A stretch of 61,862 nucleotides of DNA, the filler included, from Choristocarpus tenellus KU-1152 (taxonomy: Eukaryota; Protista; Phaeophyceae): NCBI GenBank assembly GCA_964200185.2. It is 11 parts of 11 records of this genome, joined end to end, with 100 filler letters (N's around TTAATTAATTAA, not from the genome) between each part and the next. Parts side by side here need not be neighbours in the genome. Positions count along the whole stretch, not along the records: positions 1 to 11,748 come from CAXNAD020002161.1; positions 11,849 to 17,824 come from CAXNAD020009267.1; 9 more parts are not named here. One strand, written 5' to 3'. The notes beneath the pieces were generated by a model. That model did no database searches. It was not told the DNA's origin and saw only the letters and a list, made by a program, of their open reading frames with translations. The position numbers and the translations under genes are program-made. How positions within the stretch are numbered: the stretch's first letter is position 1; every line of letters starts with the position of its first letter. This document shows, piece after piece, positions 1 to 13,143 of this stretch.

Positions 1-29
1 GTGTGGGGAGTATCCCCATCCAAAACCCA

Positions 30-213
30 GACCCAAAGTATCTGGGAGGGGGGGGGGGGGTCTACACCAGGGTGTCCTTTTGGACCAAAATCAGGAGAAG
101 TGCATTTACAGTAGTATCCATCCGACGTATGCAACCAAATAACCCAAAATCACGACATGAAAAATTCGACCCCAAATGGACAGCCACCATCCCCTCCCAG
201 ATACTTTTAAGTC
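30..213. mobile_element. MITE family 1 copy
   Basis: Same TIRs and interior. TSD imperfect (CCCA/ACCA). Confidence 0.85.
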
Positions 214-331
214 ACCACACAGCTACTAATTAATAGCTCTGGGCATTTGCTCTTTTTTCTATAACCTAAATAAACTACTGTGAGTGAAAATTCTACTTAA
301 ATGAATCTGTAAATGGTGTCTGATCCAATAA

Positions 332-3300
332 CTAAAATTGTGCATGAGTGTCAAAACGGCTGAGACAGATTGCAAATGCCTGGAACAGTGACAAGGGCCA
401 CAGGACGTCCACATTAAAGCAGTTCTTTCCCACCTTAAATGGAATAGAGATGGATGCAAAGGAGCAAAGGAATAGCAGATTAAAGAATATTACAATGTGT
501 GGAGGTCGAGTTTCTTGTTTGTATACGTTGAATAGATGCATAGTAGATGACTCTTGTGTACACACTCTCTCCCTTTCTTATCAGAGTTAGCTGAGGTGAA
601 TACTAGCAGTACTATCTGAGTATGCCCCATGCCAACCCTGCCATCACTGTTCAATTAAATACTTGCACACTAGCACCAGTGCCAGGTACGCTCATACCAA
701 CCCTAAGTGCAAGCAACTGTGGTAGGTGGTACGGCAATACTGCCAACAGGAACGGGTCTGGTATTGACCTACTCATCTCCTCAACATTGCACTTTTTGCT
801 GTTTTGTAAGTAGAGAATAATAGTGTGCATTCGAGTCATGTTAAAATAACCATATATTGAACAATGTTGTATAGGAATCATGGGATAACAAGTACCCCTT
901 ACACTATCAGAACAGTCTAGTGTGTTATTTTGAACCGATATAATCAATGCACTTTTCCCCACCTCTCCAGTTTATTTTATTATTATTTTGATTCACCATG
1001 AATATTGACATCAGTTCTACCCCTCGCTCCACAGTAAGAGAGAGATCTAGAGGCAATAGATACCTAGAAAGTGCTCCTATGTTTCTACTATTACTACTTC
1101 TACTAATACTAATAGAGTATTGTTATTTCATCAATTACTACGCCATTGTCAAATTCAATAGGTTTGGTGTTGTATGCCCCACCTTGCCCATCTGGAGTAG
1201 CACAGGCCTGGGATATTCATCAGAATCATTTTCGCCTTTTCCACTCCCTTCACTGTAGTACCTAACACGAGTTGCGCTGGGTGGTTCCAGGGTCGTAATG
1301 GCATATGGATTTGAGAAAGTAAAGTAGACGGGGGGGTGTAAGTAGAGGGATTGAGGTGGGTGGGAATGTTGCCAATGGATAGTAAACAAGGTGTTGAATC
1401 AATGGAGAAGAGGAGGGTGACTAGGATTATATTGCATAGGTTGCCATGATGAGTTTGTCCCAAAAGTACAATTTCATGTATATTTGATGGTATGAGAACC
1501 ATGGTTCAAGATCTAAACCGATCCAGTATCAACCTACTAGGAATACAGCAGTAGCAGTCCAGCACCACTGATGTGCAGGATCTTTAAAAAGCTACAGATG
1601 CAATACGTCCTCATAGTGTTTTGTACCCTCCTCTCTCAAACCGTCCAGACTCTTGGCACTCAAAATAATATTATGATACAACGCTCAGTCTCTCTTTCTC
1701 TCAGTCTCTCTTTGCTTTGTTGCATATGAAGATGGGGTATGCCAACATACTTGTCTGCTGGAGGTGACTTAATCAGCTGGAAGTTCTTGACTGACGCAGA
1801 TGTGGCCCGACCTCTGAAGTCAACAAGACAAGAAGACAGTGGATCGTACCGACTCTCTCGCTGATGCATCACAAATATCCTTTCTGTAAGGAGGGAGTTT
1901 TGTGCACCCTGATAAAGAAAAAGGCTCTTGAAAATTAGCTAGGATGCTAAGATCGTACAGAGGGTTGTCTGTGATGTGCAGACAAAAGAGTTGCTCCATT
2001 AGCTGGAGTTGCAAGCAATCTGGGGTGGGTTGTGCTTGCAAAACACCAGTGTGGTTTTGGCATGTTTTCAATAAAAAATGGTAAATTTTACGTGCGGTGT
2101 ACAAGATTATTGTCATTCCATGGCATAGAGTTGCAGAAGTATCAAACCTGTTTGTACTTTTCTTACCGTATGGTGTTAGGGCTCTATAAGCAATCCGTGT
2201 CATGCAGAGCTCTAATGCCCCAACATTGAGGGGGTAGTAACCAAGAAACTATAAGGCGACCTTTTAGCGGAGGGAGTACACAAAGCTATTGAAAGGTTAG
2301 GATTTCAACCCAAAGCAAAAAAGCAAAAATAAAGTCGGTAAGTAGACTTTACGTGGTAAAATTGTGTAACATGTTCCACTGACAAGTATCTGCTCACACT
2401 GGTCGGGAAAAGTACTCAATAACAGCAGTTCGTAGCATGTTTTTACGGGTTTTAACGGGTGCTTTAATAGGACATTTCATTCGACAGCGGTCTGTCTAGG
2501 CCCTTTTGAGAACTTAAGGTTTTCAAAATATTTTGCCTGGCACCCAATTTCCCATCCTCCTTAGGAGACTGTGGTTGTGTAAGAGGAAATAAACAATGCT
2601 AATCTACAAAAGTGCAAAATCGGTCTCTAGAGTGCTAGAAGCACATGTACCAGAAGGCAGTGTGCCCGCATAGTTCAGATGTGTGTGTAGCACATTGAAG
2701 TTTACACCATCCCGATGAAAGAATTGCAGCTCAGAGTTGCACTTGAAATAGAGCTTGCTCTGGCAAGCTGTGTTGCACTAAAACTCACCCTGTCCATGGT
2801 GTGCCTAGCGCTTGCATGCTTGCAGGGTGGTGCCTACCCCTCCACCCTCTAGCCCGTATTCATGTATGGAACGAAGTGAAAAACGGAAATGACTGGTCCA
2901 AAGAACTAGTACAGGTTCAAAGAACTAGTACAGGTCCAAAGAACTAGTACAAAAAAATTGCAATCCATATCCCAAGGTACACGGAAGGCAATACCGACGC
3001 AAGAAGCAAACAATGACACAAGTCTTCAACAGGAGCAGTAAAATAGTATTCATTTATGATGAGGATTTGTGTCAAGCAAGCTTGTCAGCAGACTGACGAT
3101 AAAATACACTGGGGATTAATTTGCAACTGGATGTATCGCCTCAGTACTACCTTTCTCACCTGGTAGCGAACACGACCGAAGTTGGACCTAATGCTTCCCT
3201 TCGCATCTCTTGGTTGCCAGAGGACTGGTTTCGAATCTTTGTCAGAACCTTGAACTTGGGGAATGGCTACCTCCATGCGACGTGCTCCTGTTTTCTATCA

Positions 3301-6300
3301 TGATTACAAGGAAAGAGGATGGCAGAGGAGGTCTAAGCAGGTAATGTCGAGACATTTTCCACTTCCCCTACAAATCAAAAGCTTTCAGTGCAGACACGGT
3401 TTCCCGTCTGTTCAAGTTAAAACACTGCATGAGATGAAAAAGCCAAGTCAGGGTGTTAAAAAAAAGACACTATTTCTACTCGATTAACGAACTGGAACAA
3501 AACTGATGCATCTTCGGCACAGTAACTGAACACATAATATACACACAATCTGTAGCACATCTCCTAAAAGCACTCACTGACTGCTTTAATGAGATCATGT
3601 GATGTGATGGGATGTGCTTGAAGAGTGATGTCATGCCTAAGATTGATAGAATAGAGGAGGGAGGCCACAGGGCAAAAGCACATGTTCTTGGGCCAAAAGA
3701 ACACACAGGCTATTCTGTGATTCTGTGCGTGTACATATCTATTTCTTGCCTTACCCCCACCTCGTCAATGAAATGACTATTGATGTCAAGGTATACTTTG
3801 CTCTAAAGTAATCCTAACCGTGTACGTTTTTGTTCTTTGGCTGCTCCCAGGCAAATAATACTACACTTTAGAATAACTACACACCAGAGATCTTTAATCA
3901 AATGCTGGAGTACCACATATCCCATCTTGTAGTACAAATGGTCCCCAACCCTTCTCTGAAAACACACCTGAGCACTCTTGTCAAAATTGTAGACTATCAC
4001 TCCCAAGTCTTTTCGCAAAGGAGGAGCTCCACTCATGGAGCTTCCTCTGTCCTCCACCCCAATCCCAGTCTCTGCATTCTCTTGAGCGTGAGGGCTATCA
4101 ACCTCACTTTTGGATTCATTCAGAATCCCGGTCAAGGAAGCCACAGCAGGATTCTCACCACTATTAACAGTAGAAAAATTGGCAGGGGTGTAGGGTCATG
4201 TTTATGGAGGGCAGAGACAACATAGAGTTCGACAACCAAGGTATCAATCTACCTAGTAACAGAGTAGACAACATACATAGAGTCTTGCTCTGATGCCTAG
4301 CACAGAAAATAGGACATACTTGCAAGTACTATCCATGCCAAAAGGGGGTTGACTAACCCCTAGAGAGTCATAGTATCCCAGAGGGAGGTCACCTTGAACC
4401 CTTTTGATTTTAAGAGACGTATTAAATTTCCACCTTTCACCCCCATTCCCATGCCCGAAGTGTAGTTAAACCCCTTCATCAGGAGTCTGTCACTGTGCAA
4501 GAAAAGTCAAACATTTGTCCATGCAAGGGAGAGATCATCCTCCAGTGTGCTAGGACCACATGTTCTAGATGCTCAGAATTTTAGGCAAATATCTTACCTA
4601 TCATAGAGTACATACTCCATTCTTGATGTGCTTGTGGCCCTTAGCTTTCCCAGGTAATTTGACCTCCCATGCTTTCCTTTGCCATTGAACAAATCGTCTC
4701 TTCTCAAGCATATGATGTAGTGTGCTGTTTTGAATGAGATCACCTGTGCTAAGAGCAGGTAATAACAAGAGAGTGTGAAAGACAGCAATGAAGGCATGCC
4801 TTCATTCTTAGGGTTTTCTTGCCTGTTTTCGCCCAGGATCATTTATTTTACATGGAGTACATCATATACTACATGAAATATATTGTAGAAGTAAACCAAG
4901 CACAACCAAATGGACATATGTCCTGTATTTTCTTCAACTCTGTTTCAACTGTACTGGCAAAAGCAGGGCACGAAAAGGGACAGCACAAAACATTCAACAG
5001 GAGTTAGAGGGAAGGTTGGATCACCTTCCGAGCAGCCAATATCAGCCGACCGCTCCCATCCTCAAGGTCTGCATACATTGAATACACTGGGAAAAACGTG
5101 TTCGTGACACTTCGCTCACGCTCTATGAAGCACCGAAGCACAGTACCTGGTCCACAACAAAGTGGATTTGCCACAAAGTCCTTCAAGGCATTAGTTGCTG
5201 CTGGAATGGTTGATGCATCAAGAACATTAGGCTTGAGTCCAATAGATTCTCCTTGCCTAGCACCTCTGATTGGCTTGCCCAATCCAAGGGTTGTGGAATT
5301 TTCCTTCTGTGGTGGTGATGGAGTTTGAGTTACTGCTGGCATTGATCTTTCAGATTGAATTGCTCCTTTTTCTCTTTGGTTTGAATCATTTCTTCCCTTC
5401 CCAAGGGTGCCTCCCAGCAGTGCAATACTTGGTCCATCATCGAGGGATCTGTCCTTCCGAGACATAGGGTCTTGTAAAAGATTCTCTTCTTGATTTGGAA
5501 GGTTCCTATCACTGACTCTCTGTTGCACAGGGCTACTCTCTCTGCTTGGCTCAGTCCTTCTGCATTCAGCACCCTGATCAGTACTCTTTCCCTCTTCCAG
5601 GCTGCTGGGACTGAGCTCTCCCTCCCCACACTGTTTTGGGGAGTAAATGGGACTATGGTGGCAGTCGGAGGAAGTATCAGATCCCTCCCTTCTCTGGCAA
5701 GACGGATGATAAAACCTCCTGTGGTCATCTGGGCTGCTATTGTCCTTTTCATAGCCTCGGTACCTTCCCCCAGGACGTCTCAGATGTACATTTCTGTCTC
5801 CATCTCTGCCTCCAGTGGATGGTCTACTCGTATCCCTCCCTTGCCCCTCGCCTGTATTGTCATCTCTGTCTTCTTCTCCACAATACTCTTCCCTGTCCAG
5901 TACCTTATCCCGATGTGTGCTTTGGCGATCTTGGTCCTTATTCCTTTCCCTCATTTGATTTGAGTCAGAGCAAAAATGTCTACCCCTGTCATTACGAGTC
6001 ACTTCCCTCATACCTCCTCTGTGGTAATATTCCTGCTCCTCTTGCTCACTTGAATCATAGCGCTCACTGTGGTTCCTGGTACAGCAACCATATCCATAGG
6101 AGTCCTCAAAACATCTGCCCTCCATTTCTTCTCCTGCACTACTGTCTATTTCCTGACAGGTATCGTTACGCAGATGGTTATACTTCTCCCGACCTTTGCT
6201 CAATTGTATTCTCCGTTCTACTAGCAAATCTTTACCATCTCTTCCTCTGTTCATGCTGTTTCCTCTACCCCTGTCCCTATTGCTATCCCTTTCCTCACCC

Positions 6301-7143
6301 TCTTTCTTCACTTGGTATAGGTATGGATCGAGGGTCCTGTCTGAAAGATTGGACTGATTTTCCCTCTCTTCTTCCACATCACTATCCCAAGCTCCCTTAC
6401 GTTCTCCATACCCATGTTTCCTTCCTTTGTCATGTTCTCTCTTTCTCCCCGATGGGCGCGACATCCTCTTCCGTGCCTGCTCACTTTCTATTGCTTCATG
6501 AGAATCAAGATCATCACCTTCCTGTTGTGTTCGGATTTTGCCATAGGAGTCCAAATTATCCCTCTCTCTCCTATTGGGGTGAGAGGTATCGCTGGTTTCA
6601 ACCCCGTTCGTTTTTCCTTGTCTTGAAGATTGATGGAAGTCGTGTCGACCTCGTCCCTCCCTGCAAGTTAGGTAAAAAGTGGAGTCAACAAGAGTGGCAT
6701 TTTAGTTGGAGTTGAGCAGGACCTAAGCTCCCGAGGGTAGACTTCGACGGACGCGAATAGAAATATTCTTCAAATGCATTGGTTCAGTAAAAGGTTAACC
6801 TGTTAAATGATACTATGTAGGAGTACTTTCTGACTCTTGAATTCACAGTTGAATGCCACAACCAGTATTCAGCTCGAAGAGACAAAAAAATCCACCTGTG
6901 AATCATCCCCTTATCTACCCCATCTCCTCGTCGATCCCCCTCATTGCCATCTCGTGTTTTCAACCCTTCATGGTGATTGCCATCGAGCTCTTCGAAACGT
7001 TTCCGAACAGGACGGGTTGAACGGGCAACTCGACGTGCACTGGTTGGAGGCGCACCCTTGGGAGGCGGCATTCTCCCAGTTCTACCAGACAAGTTGGTCG
7101 GAGGAGGCACCCCAGGGGGTGGGGGTCTTCGTGACTCTACCAT
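332..7143 (-). CDS. Tubby-like protein, 8 exons (7143-6896, 6660-5025, 4743-4598, 4160-3968, 3294-3160, 1908-1751, 1252-1183, 433-332)
   Basis: GT-AG junctions keep phase. Tub-domain motifs appear in order: [69 protein letters not shown]|[18 protein letters not shown]. The N-terminus is long, charged and low-complexity. Confidence 0.9.
2895..2951. repeat. 19-bp tandem x3 in a Tubby intron
   Basis: GGTYCAAAGAACTAGTACA repeated. Confidence 0.9.
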
Positions 7144-7445
7144 AACAGGCACTACCTGGGAGTCCCTATGATTTGTACAACTGCAAGTACTATATTGTTT
7201 GTTCTTCGATGTGGGAATAAACGGAGAACCTTACGATATGATGCCTCTGTTTCACTACCACTATTGTTAATTATTTCTGTCCACAAAGGACCGTTACTGT
7301 CGCCCGATTTCTCACTATTTCTGAAAACACTTGTAAAAGTATCACGTAAGACAAAGTGGTGATTTCAGAAAGTAACTAGTCCCTTTACTCCTTGGTGAGT
7401 AGGTCAAATTTCCATAGCGGTAAGGTATCTTCCAGGTGAAGAAAA

Positions 7446-8713
7446 ATGAATTCCAAGGCTGGCGCGACACCGGTGGGAGGAGCTATTGTTCAAGACCTTG
7501 CCCCCCCTGGTGGCTATCCACCAGTAAGTAGAGAGTATTTAATCTCTGTCCCAATAATCAATTCACATTCGAATCCCTCGCCCTTGCATGTAGTGTAATG
7601 TGAAATATAGAGTCGACCTATATCCCCAGGCGCTACTAGAAACATTGATTAGCTTCCAGATGCGTGCCTCTTTGAAACAACACCATACCAGTGCCAATGC
7701 TTAATATCTGAGCATAGTCGAGTGCAGTCGAATCACCGTGGCATTACATCTCACTTTGGGCAACGATTGGTCATATCTGCAATGCATGACTCCATAAACG
7801 GCGAGAACACGCCTAGTCTTTAACTTTGTTCCCACAATGGTAAGTCAAGCTACCACTGATCCTGTGACATCTCAGCATTTCCAGCCTCCTGTGCCATGTA
7901 AGGTTGCATTCTGTTGATAAATCGGCCCACCTCTCCTTATGTTCGGTTAGTCATGACTCTAAATCATGTCATGGTCCTTGTTGTCTCCTCTGCGTGCTAT
8001 TTGATGTTGACTAGATCAAGATTGCACGAAACTTGCCAAACCGTGGCCCCCCTGGTTGGGCCATGTTTGGGGGTGTGGCGTGCTTCATGGCTTACGGCTA
8101 CTACTTGGTGGGACAGGGCAACCAGAAGCGGAGGGCAGACAAACAGGAAAAGCGTCAAGCCCGCATTTCGATCTTGCCGTTGCTGCAGGTGATGTGATGA
8201 AGGGGGAGTGTCGGGCATAAGACACGAGTGTTGGACTACCTCGTGCATCTCTTGCTGTTTCAGGCAGTAGCCAATGTTTTCTTATTATAAGATGTCAGGA
8301 CATGGTTGGAAATAAAATTGTAGAAACTGTCTAGCCAGCATTTTCAAGAGGAGGTGTTTGGAAACCCATCACATCCAATGTTAATCGTTTTCTTTTGCGT
8401 TTAGTCATTGGGACTTTGATGCTTTCATCAAAAGACTGTCATATTTATATGCATTCTCGATCTATCGACAATCCTTCTACGTAAACATTCAAATCCTGGA
8501 TGTCCTGTCTCTACAGGGTGCTGCATGGGAATTCACATCCCATCTGTTTCCACCCGATTTACCACTATTGATATGTTCCTAGTTTTTAGAACATAGCACT
8601 TACACATGTGCACCTCATCATTTATGTGCCAGGCTGAGGAGGATGCACAGATCGTGACAATGGAAGAAAAGATAAGCAAGGCAAAAATATCCTTGAGATC
8701 TTACCTGCGTTAA
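7446..8713 (+). CDS. NDUFA13: Complex I subunit NDUFA13/GRIM-19 (exons 7446-7523, 8015-8188, 8633-~8713)
   Basis: Spliced translation QDLAPPGGYPP|IKIARNLPNRGP..GYYLVGQGN..ARISILPLLQ|AEED matches the GRIM-19 family. The 3' end is uncertain. Confidence 0.85.
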
Positions 8714-9446
8714 AGTAAGACATCACATGTTTAAGGGGGGATTCGGTTTTGATAGTTCCGATTTCCTCCTTCAACCTCAGGAAAATCTGGGATACTGACC
8801 TGGAGGTGATATTCTGTTGGCAACTATTGACTGTTTAGTGTTTATTGGGTCTTAATCCCGTTGTGCGCTAGGTACTTTGTTGCTGATGGATAGATATTGT
8901 GACACAAGAATTGCTCCTTTGGGGAAATGTTGGAAATTTCTTACTTCCTTTCGGATGTCCTTGCATGAAAGGTGCCATGACCAATACTTTGTCTTGTGGG
9001 GTACCTCTCCATGAGTTGACTGCAAAATGTTTGCACCAATGTATAGGGAGGCCTTGTGAGGCCTTGGCTTCTGTGTTGGGATTGTCTTTTATTTTTCTCT
9101 TATTCTAGTGAATGCTGTCAGGACTGTCAGGGGGATACAATGGTATCATGATGTTGTGTCTTCAACCCCTTGAAGCCTCTTAAGAAGTTCCCGAGGGGTC
9201 ATGATGCACAAATGCCATACCCCATACCCCATTCCCCAACAGATATCTTGTGCTTACAGTGCACTCGATGCCTGTAGATGATGAATTTTTTAGGTGTAGC
9301 ATCCATTTTTTTTTTCCGATTCTGGTGCTAAAATGATCGAGGGAGCATGTCAATTTCCACTCCATTTATGACTTGAATACCTGAGGAATATCTCCTCCCT
9401 TGTTAACTGCGGTGACTGTGAGCCTCCAACTCATGCCTTGTCTCTC

Positions 9447-10784
9447 TTATGGTGTGTGTGTCTCTCCTGTCACCACCAGGTATGCATGTCCTGCTGCAGC
9501 AGTGTTTTTCATACTTTTCCTTTCTCCCTGACCCCCCAGTTTGGTTACCTCATTGCTTCTTGTGCTGACTACATCACCCTCACTTCTTTCAATTGATGCT
9601 AATCCTAGTGCTGTATCGATTCTTGCTTCACTTTGAGTGGTGGTGGCACACAACGATATCTTCTGCTCCTGTATGTAACTGTGATAGGCTCTGAGCAACA
9701 TCGATGGACTCTTCTCCATAGCAAGGCGCACCTGTTATTAACACAGTTTGTACATTGACAAATTTATTGTGTTACTAGTATTAGAAAAAAAGAGAAAGGG
9801 TGCTGCAGTTAGTTCATTGTTAGTGTAGAATGGGGGTAAGCACGATGAAGATGACTCTGATTATTTGTGTGTCAATACAAATTCCATACCTCACTGGAAC
9901 AACACAACACCCCCCCCCCTCCTCCCCAACATGTAATATATTCTTTATAGGGAATAGCTGGTCAGTGTGATCAGAGGCACTTGTTGATCTGCAAAGACAC
10001 AATAATATTCACTCCTGGATCAGCTCACCCCTGTGATGTCTTCTGGTTTACAAAAATGATATCCGTAAGACTTGCAGATTCAGACTTGTGTTGGTGCCAA
10101 TTTTCTCATGCTACACTAGAACAATTTATGTTACAAACTTTATATGATATACAGGAGCAACTAGCTACAGGTGGGGGTACAATGGTTGCGATATCAGACT
10201 GGTCATTCAAGAGCTGAATCTTCTCATTTCTGTGAATATGCAACCTACACCCATATAGAGCAAACTTCAAACAGAAATTCGTGAAACCCCCCCTGTCCTA
10301 TTTCTATTTAGCTGTATAAAACACCCTGTTTTTGTTTGAGGTGTGCAATATGTTCCCATATTTTGTGTATTACAAAAAAAAGGAAATTGACTGTTTGGAC
10401 AAAGATTAGTAGTTGGATACAGAAAAAAATACAGTATATCCATACGCAACGTAGCTACTTGCTTTCTGGTGAAAACAAATCAGGATACATGTAGCCTGAG
10501 AAAAGTGGAACTGTATGAGGGTGTAAGCGACTTTCAGGGTCATCATATTGATGCACCATGCAAGGCAACCCAACGCGTTGGGAGAGCAGTGCGAGTACAT
10601 CAAGTTATGGATCTGCCCTCACCTTTGCAACATGTAGTCCATGGTGTGTTGCTGGCTCCCTCCTGCAGCATTGAAGAAAGTTGTAGAACTGTGATTGGTG
10701 CAGCTCATGCGCCACTTCCATGGCTGTCCCTTGGCGATTGCACTCAGCATTGCATTCTCCTCTTTGTAGTGCTCCAATGGCCTC
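9447..10784 (-). CDS. ELMO-domain (ELMOD3-like) protein, last two exons (10784-10623, 9731-9447)
   Basis: EAIGALQRGECNAECNRQ..HELHQSQF..AK|VRLAMEKSPSMLL resembles ELMOD3 ALREECLSRECNRQ..LAKKSPRRLL. The intron is phase-0 GT-AG. Upstream exons were not found. Confidence 0.65.
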
Positions 10785-11155
10785 CTGTGGTTACATTTGT
10801 GGGGAAACTTGAATAATATGCTGGTTGCAAAGCAAGGAGGAACTTTTAAAAATGCATCGCTGCTCCCAACATTTCCTTTTTATTTTTTTGTGCTACTGTT
10901 GTGAGGATAAACACCGTTGATGATCCCTACACTTGTGTTCTTCCTACATGTGTGATGGAGAGTAACCTGGAAAAGTCTTGTTGTGACTTGTCCTGTGTTG
11001 GTTTCATGGATAAACTAAGGGTCACTTGGGTGTAAGACATAGAGATTTCTCGGCAACCCGTTTTGAATGGAAGGTTCGAATTTTCTATGTAACCATGTTA
11101 CTCCTATATTGATCTTGATCCGACTCCACCTCTTTTTTCCCTTCATCCTGCTTTT

Positions 11156-11290
11156 TTTGTTGTCTTTAGTATTTTGTCTACACTACCTTTTGTTGTCTTT
11201 AGTATTTTATCTACACTACCTTTTGTTGTCTTTAGTGTTTTGTCTACACTACCTTTTGTTGTCTTTAGTATTTTGTCTACACTACCTTTT
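11156..11290. repeat. 33-bp minisatellite x4
   Basis: TTTTGTTGTCTTTAGTRTTTTRTCTACACTACC repeated head-to-tail. Confidence 0.9.
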
Positions 11291-11748
11291 GGCAGTGGGT
11301 GTGATACCTCCCAGACTAATGCGATTATAGTGATTCTCAACCTCAAGTGAATAGTAGGTGGTAAGTCTAGTTCATGCAAAAAGGGGAGCAAGGCAGACCG
11401 CTTGAGCACAACAACCTCCTCAATAATAGCACTGCCTCAAAATGCAATATTCATAGTGTTTGTATTATATTAATAGAAAATATCTGCATCTCCAACCAAA
11501 TGTCAATTGGGGTTAGGGGATGATGGTTCCTTCAGCATAAGCTGAACACAATTAAACATGGCTACTGGCAAAAAACTAGATGAGCATGGGTTCAACGCTG
11601 ATTTTACCACAGTTTTTGGTTAAGAAATGACTATTTTAATCCACTGGAGTCATTGGTGGTACAGAGGTTGGAGCATGTTGCAATTTCTACTTCATGGACG
11701 GGGGGGGTAGGGGGGGTGGTAATAGCATGGCAGCAGAGTATTGGTAAT

Positions 11749-11848
11749 NNNNNNNNNNNNNNNNNNNNNNNNNNNNNNNNNNNNNNNNNNNNTTAATTAA
11801 TTAANNNNNNNNNNNNNNNNNNNNNNNNNNNNNNNNNNNNNNNNNNNN
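11749..11848. other. Artificial contig linker N..TTAATTAATTAA..N
   Basis: The same ~100-bp block recurs at ~17825, 21783, 27951, 30944, 41324, 46806, 50681, 55541 and 59198. It has stops in all six frames. Confidence 0.97.
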
Positions 11849-12961
11849 CCAGTCAATTTTGGGTCAAGCCCATCCTCAATGAAAAGCTCCATCCTCAATT
11901 TTTGAAATCGGCTGTTTATCACATTTACTTCAGGTTATTATATTGAAAATCGGTGCTTTGATATTGGAATAAAAAATGACGGAATTTCACTCTCTCTTGT
12001 CTCCATTCGCCACAGAAGAGATGATATGTTTGCCCTTCATGCAATAACCCCCTATCACTTTTCATGCCTGTACAACAGGTGGGTCAAGTGTGATACCTCT
12101 GATAAAGATATTTTCAGAATGGATGTGAGGTAATAATATAACAAAATTGTCCACATTGAAGAAATATCTTTACGAAAATATGCAGAATATCAGGTGAAGA
12201 TTCATCACCTTAATGATTTTGTGAGAAATAAGTAATAAACACAGTTGAAGGTCTGTTGGAACGTGGGATAGGGCACGCTTCTGGAATTTATCATTTAAAC
12301 AACGAGAAGGGGCTACACCATCAGCAGCACCGCCGACAGCATTAACCTTGATCGGGTGTGCCAGCCTTGATGTACATGAATATATGAAGAGCAACAAATC
12401 AGAGGGGCTGTACTACCAATGCCATGAATGACAACGAATGGCAAACCTGAACCGGTAAGGAAGTCGAACACATGAACGTCAACAAACAGGGGCAACAACC
12501 TGACAAAAAAGGGCCTGCTTGCCAAGGCACAGCATGATGCACGCGACCAAGAGCGTCCAAAATTTCACATCCACTATAGTACTATCCAAAAGCAATGCAA
12601 TCAATATATTCTTTTAATCCACATCGTGTTGTATGGATGCACGTAATGATGGACCTCTACTACTATTAGTAGCCCCTTCCGATATTAACTCCGATTTGTC
12701 TCTCTCCTCATCTTAACTGCACTATAAAATACTATGGAACCAAAGTAGTGACAAGCAAACACACACACCAACAACCCCTCACACAACACACAGCGTGTCA
12801 AAAAAAGACTACTATTTGTCACATCATCATCACGTGGAAGTGGTTGTCAAGAACACATACACCACCACCATCAGGCAGATGTTCACGCTTGCTTCCTTCG
12901 TCCCCTCACAAAGTAACTAATACATGTGCATTGTACAGTCCCACAAGTTGGCGTCTCATCA

Positions 12962-13143
12962 GACCCAAAGAATCTGGGGGGGTGGGGGCGTCTACACGAG
13001 GGTGTCCATTTGGACCAAAATCGGGAAAAGTGCATTTGTATTATCCATCTGACATATTATGGCAGCCAAATCACACAAAAATCGCGACATGAAAATTTGA
13101 CCCGAAATGGACAGCCGCCACCCCCTCCCAGATACTTTGAGCC
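12962..13143. mobile_element. MITE family 1 (~180 bp), TSD ATCA
   Basis: TIR GACCCAAAG(T/A)ATCTGGG..CCCAGATACTTTGAGCC. Other copies: 30-213, ~19640-19810, 23870-24155, 37306-37467, 43387-43566, 46629-46800, 55710-55903. Fragments at 18565, 41297, 46906, 49368 and 59298. Confidence 0.9.

Noticed and set aside
3-233. Recurring short ORFs with PKYLGGGG or QITQKSRH
   Set aside because: Translations of MITE copies, not genes.
5490-6715. Long plus-strand ORFs (157 and 359 aa)
   Set aside because: Antisense shadows of the purine-rich Tubby exon 2.
11156-11290. 33-bp repeats as a CRISPR array
   Set aside because: Head-to-tail with no spacers, no cas genes, and eukaryotic context.
11793-11804. Recurrent TTAATTAATTAA and ORFs ending XXXLIN
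   Set aside because: Artificial six-frame-stop linker.
12170-12540. Possible transposase relic (VNAVGGAADG)
   Set aside because: Only one weak motif.
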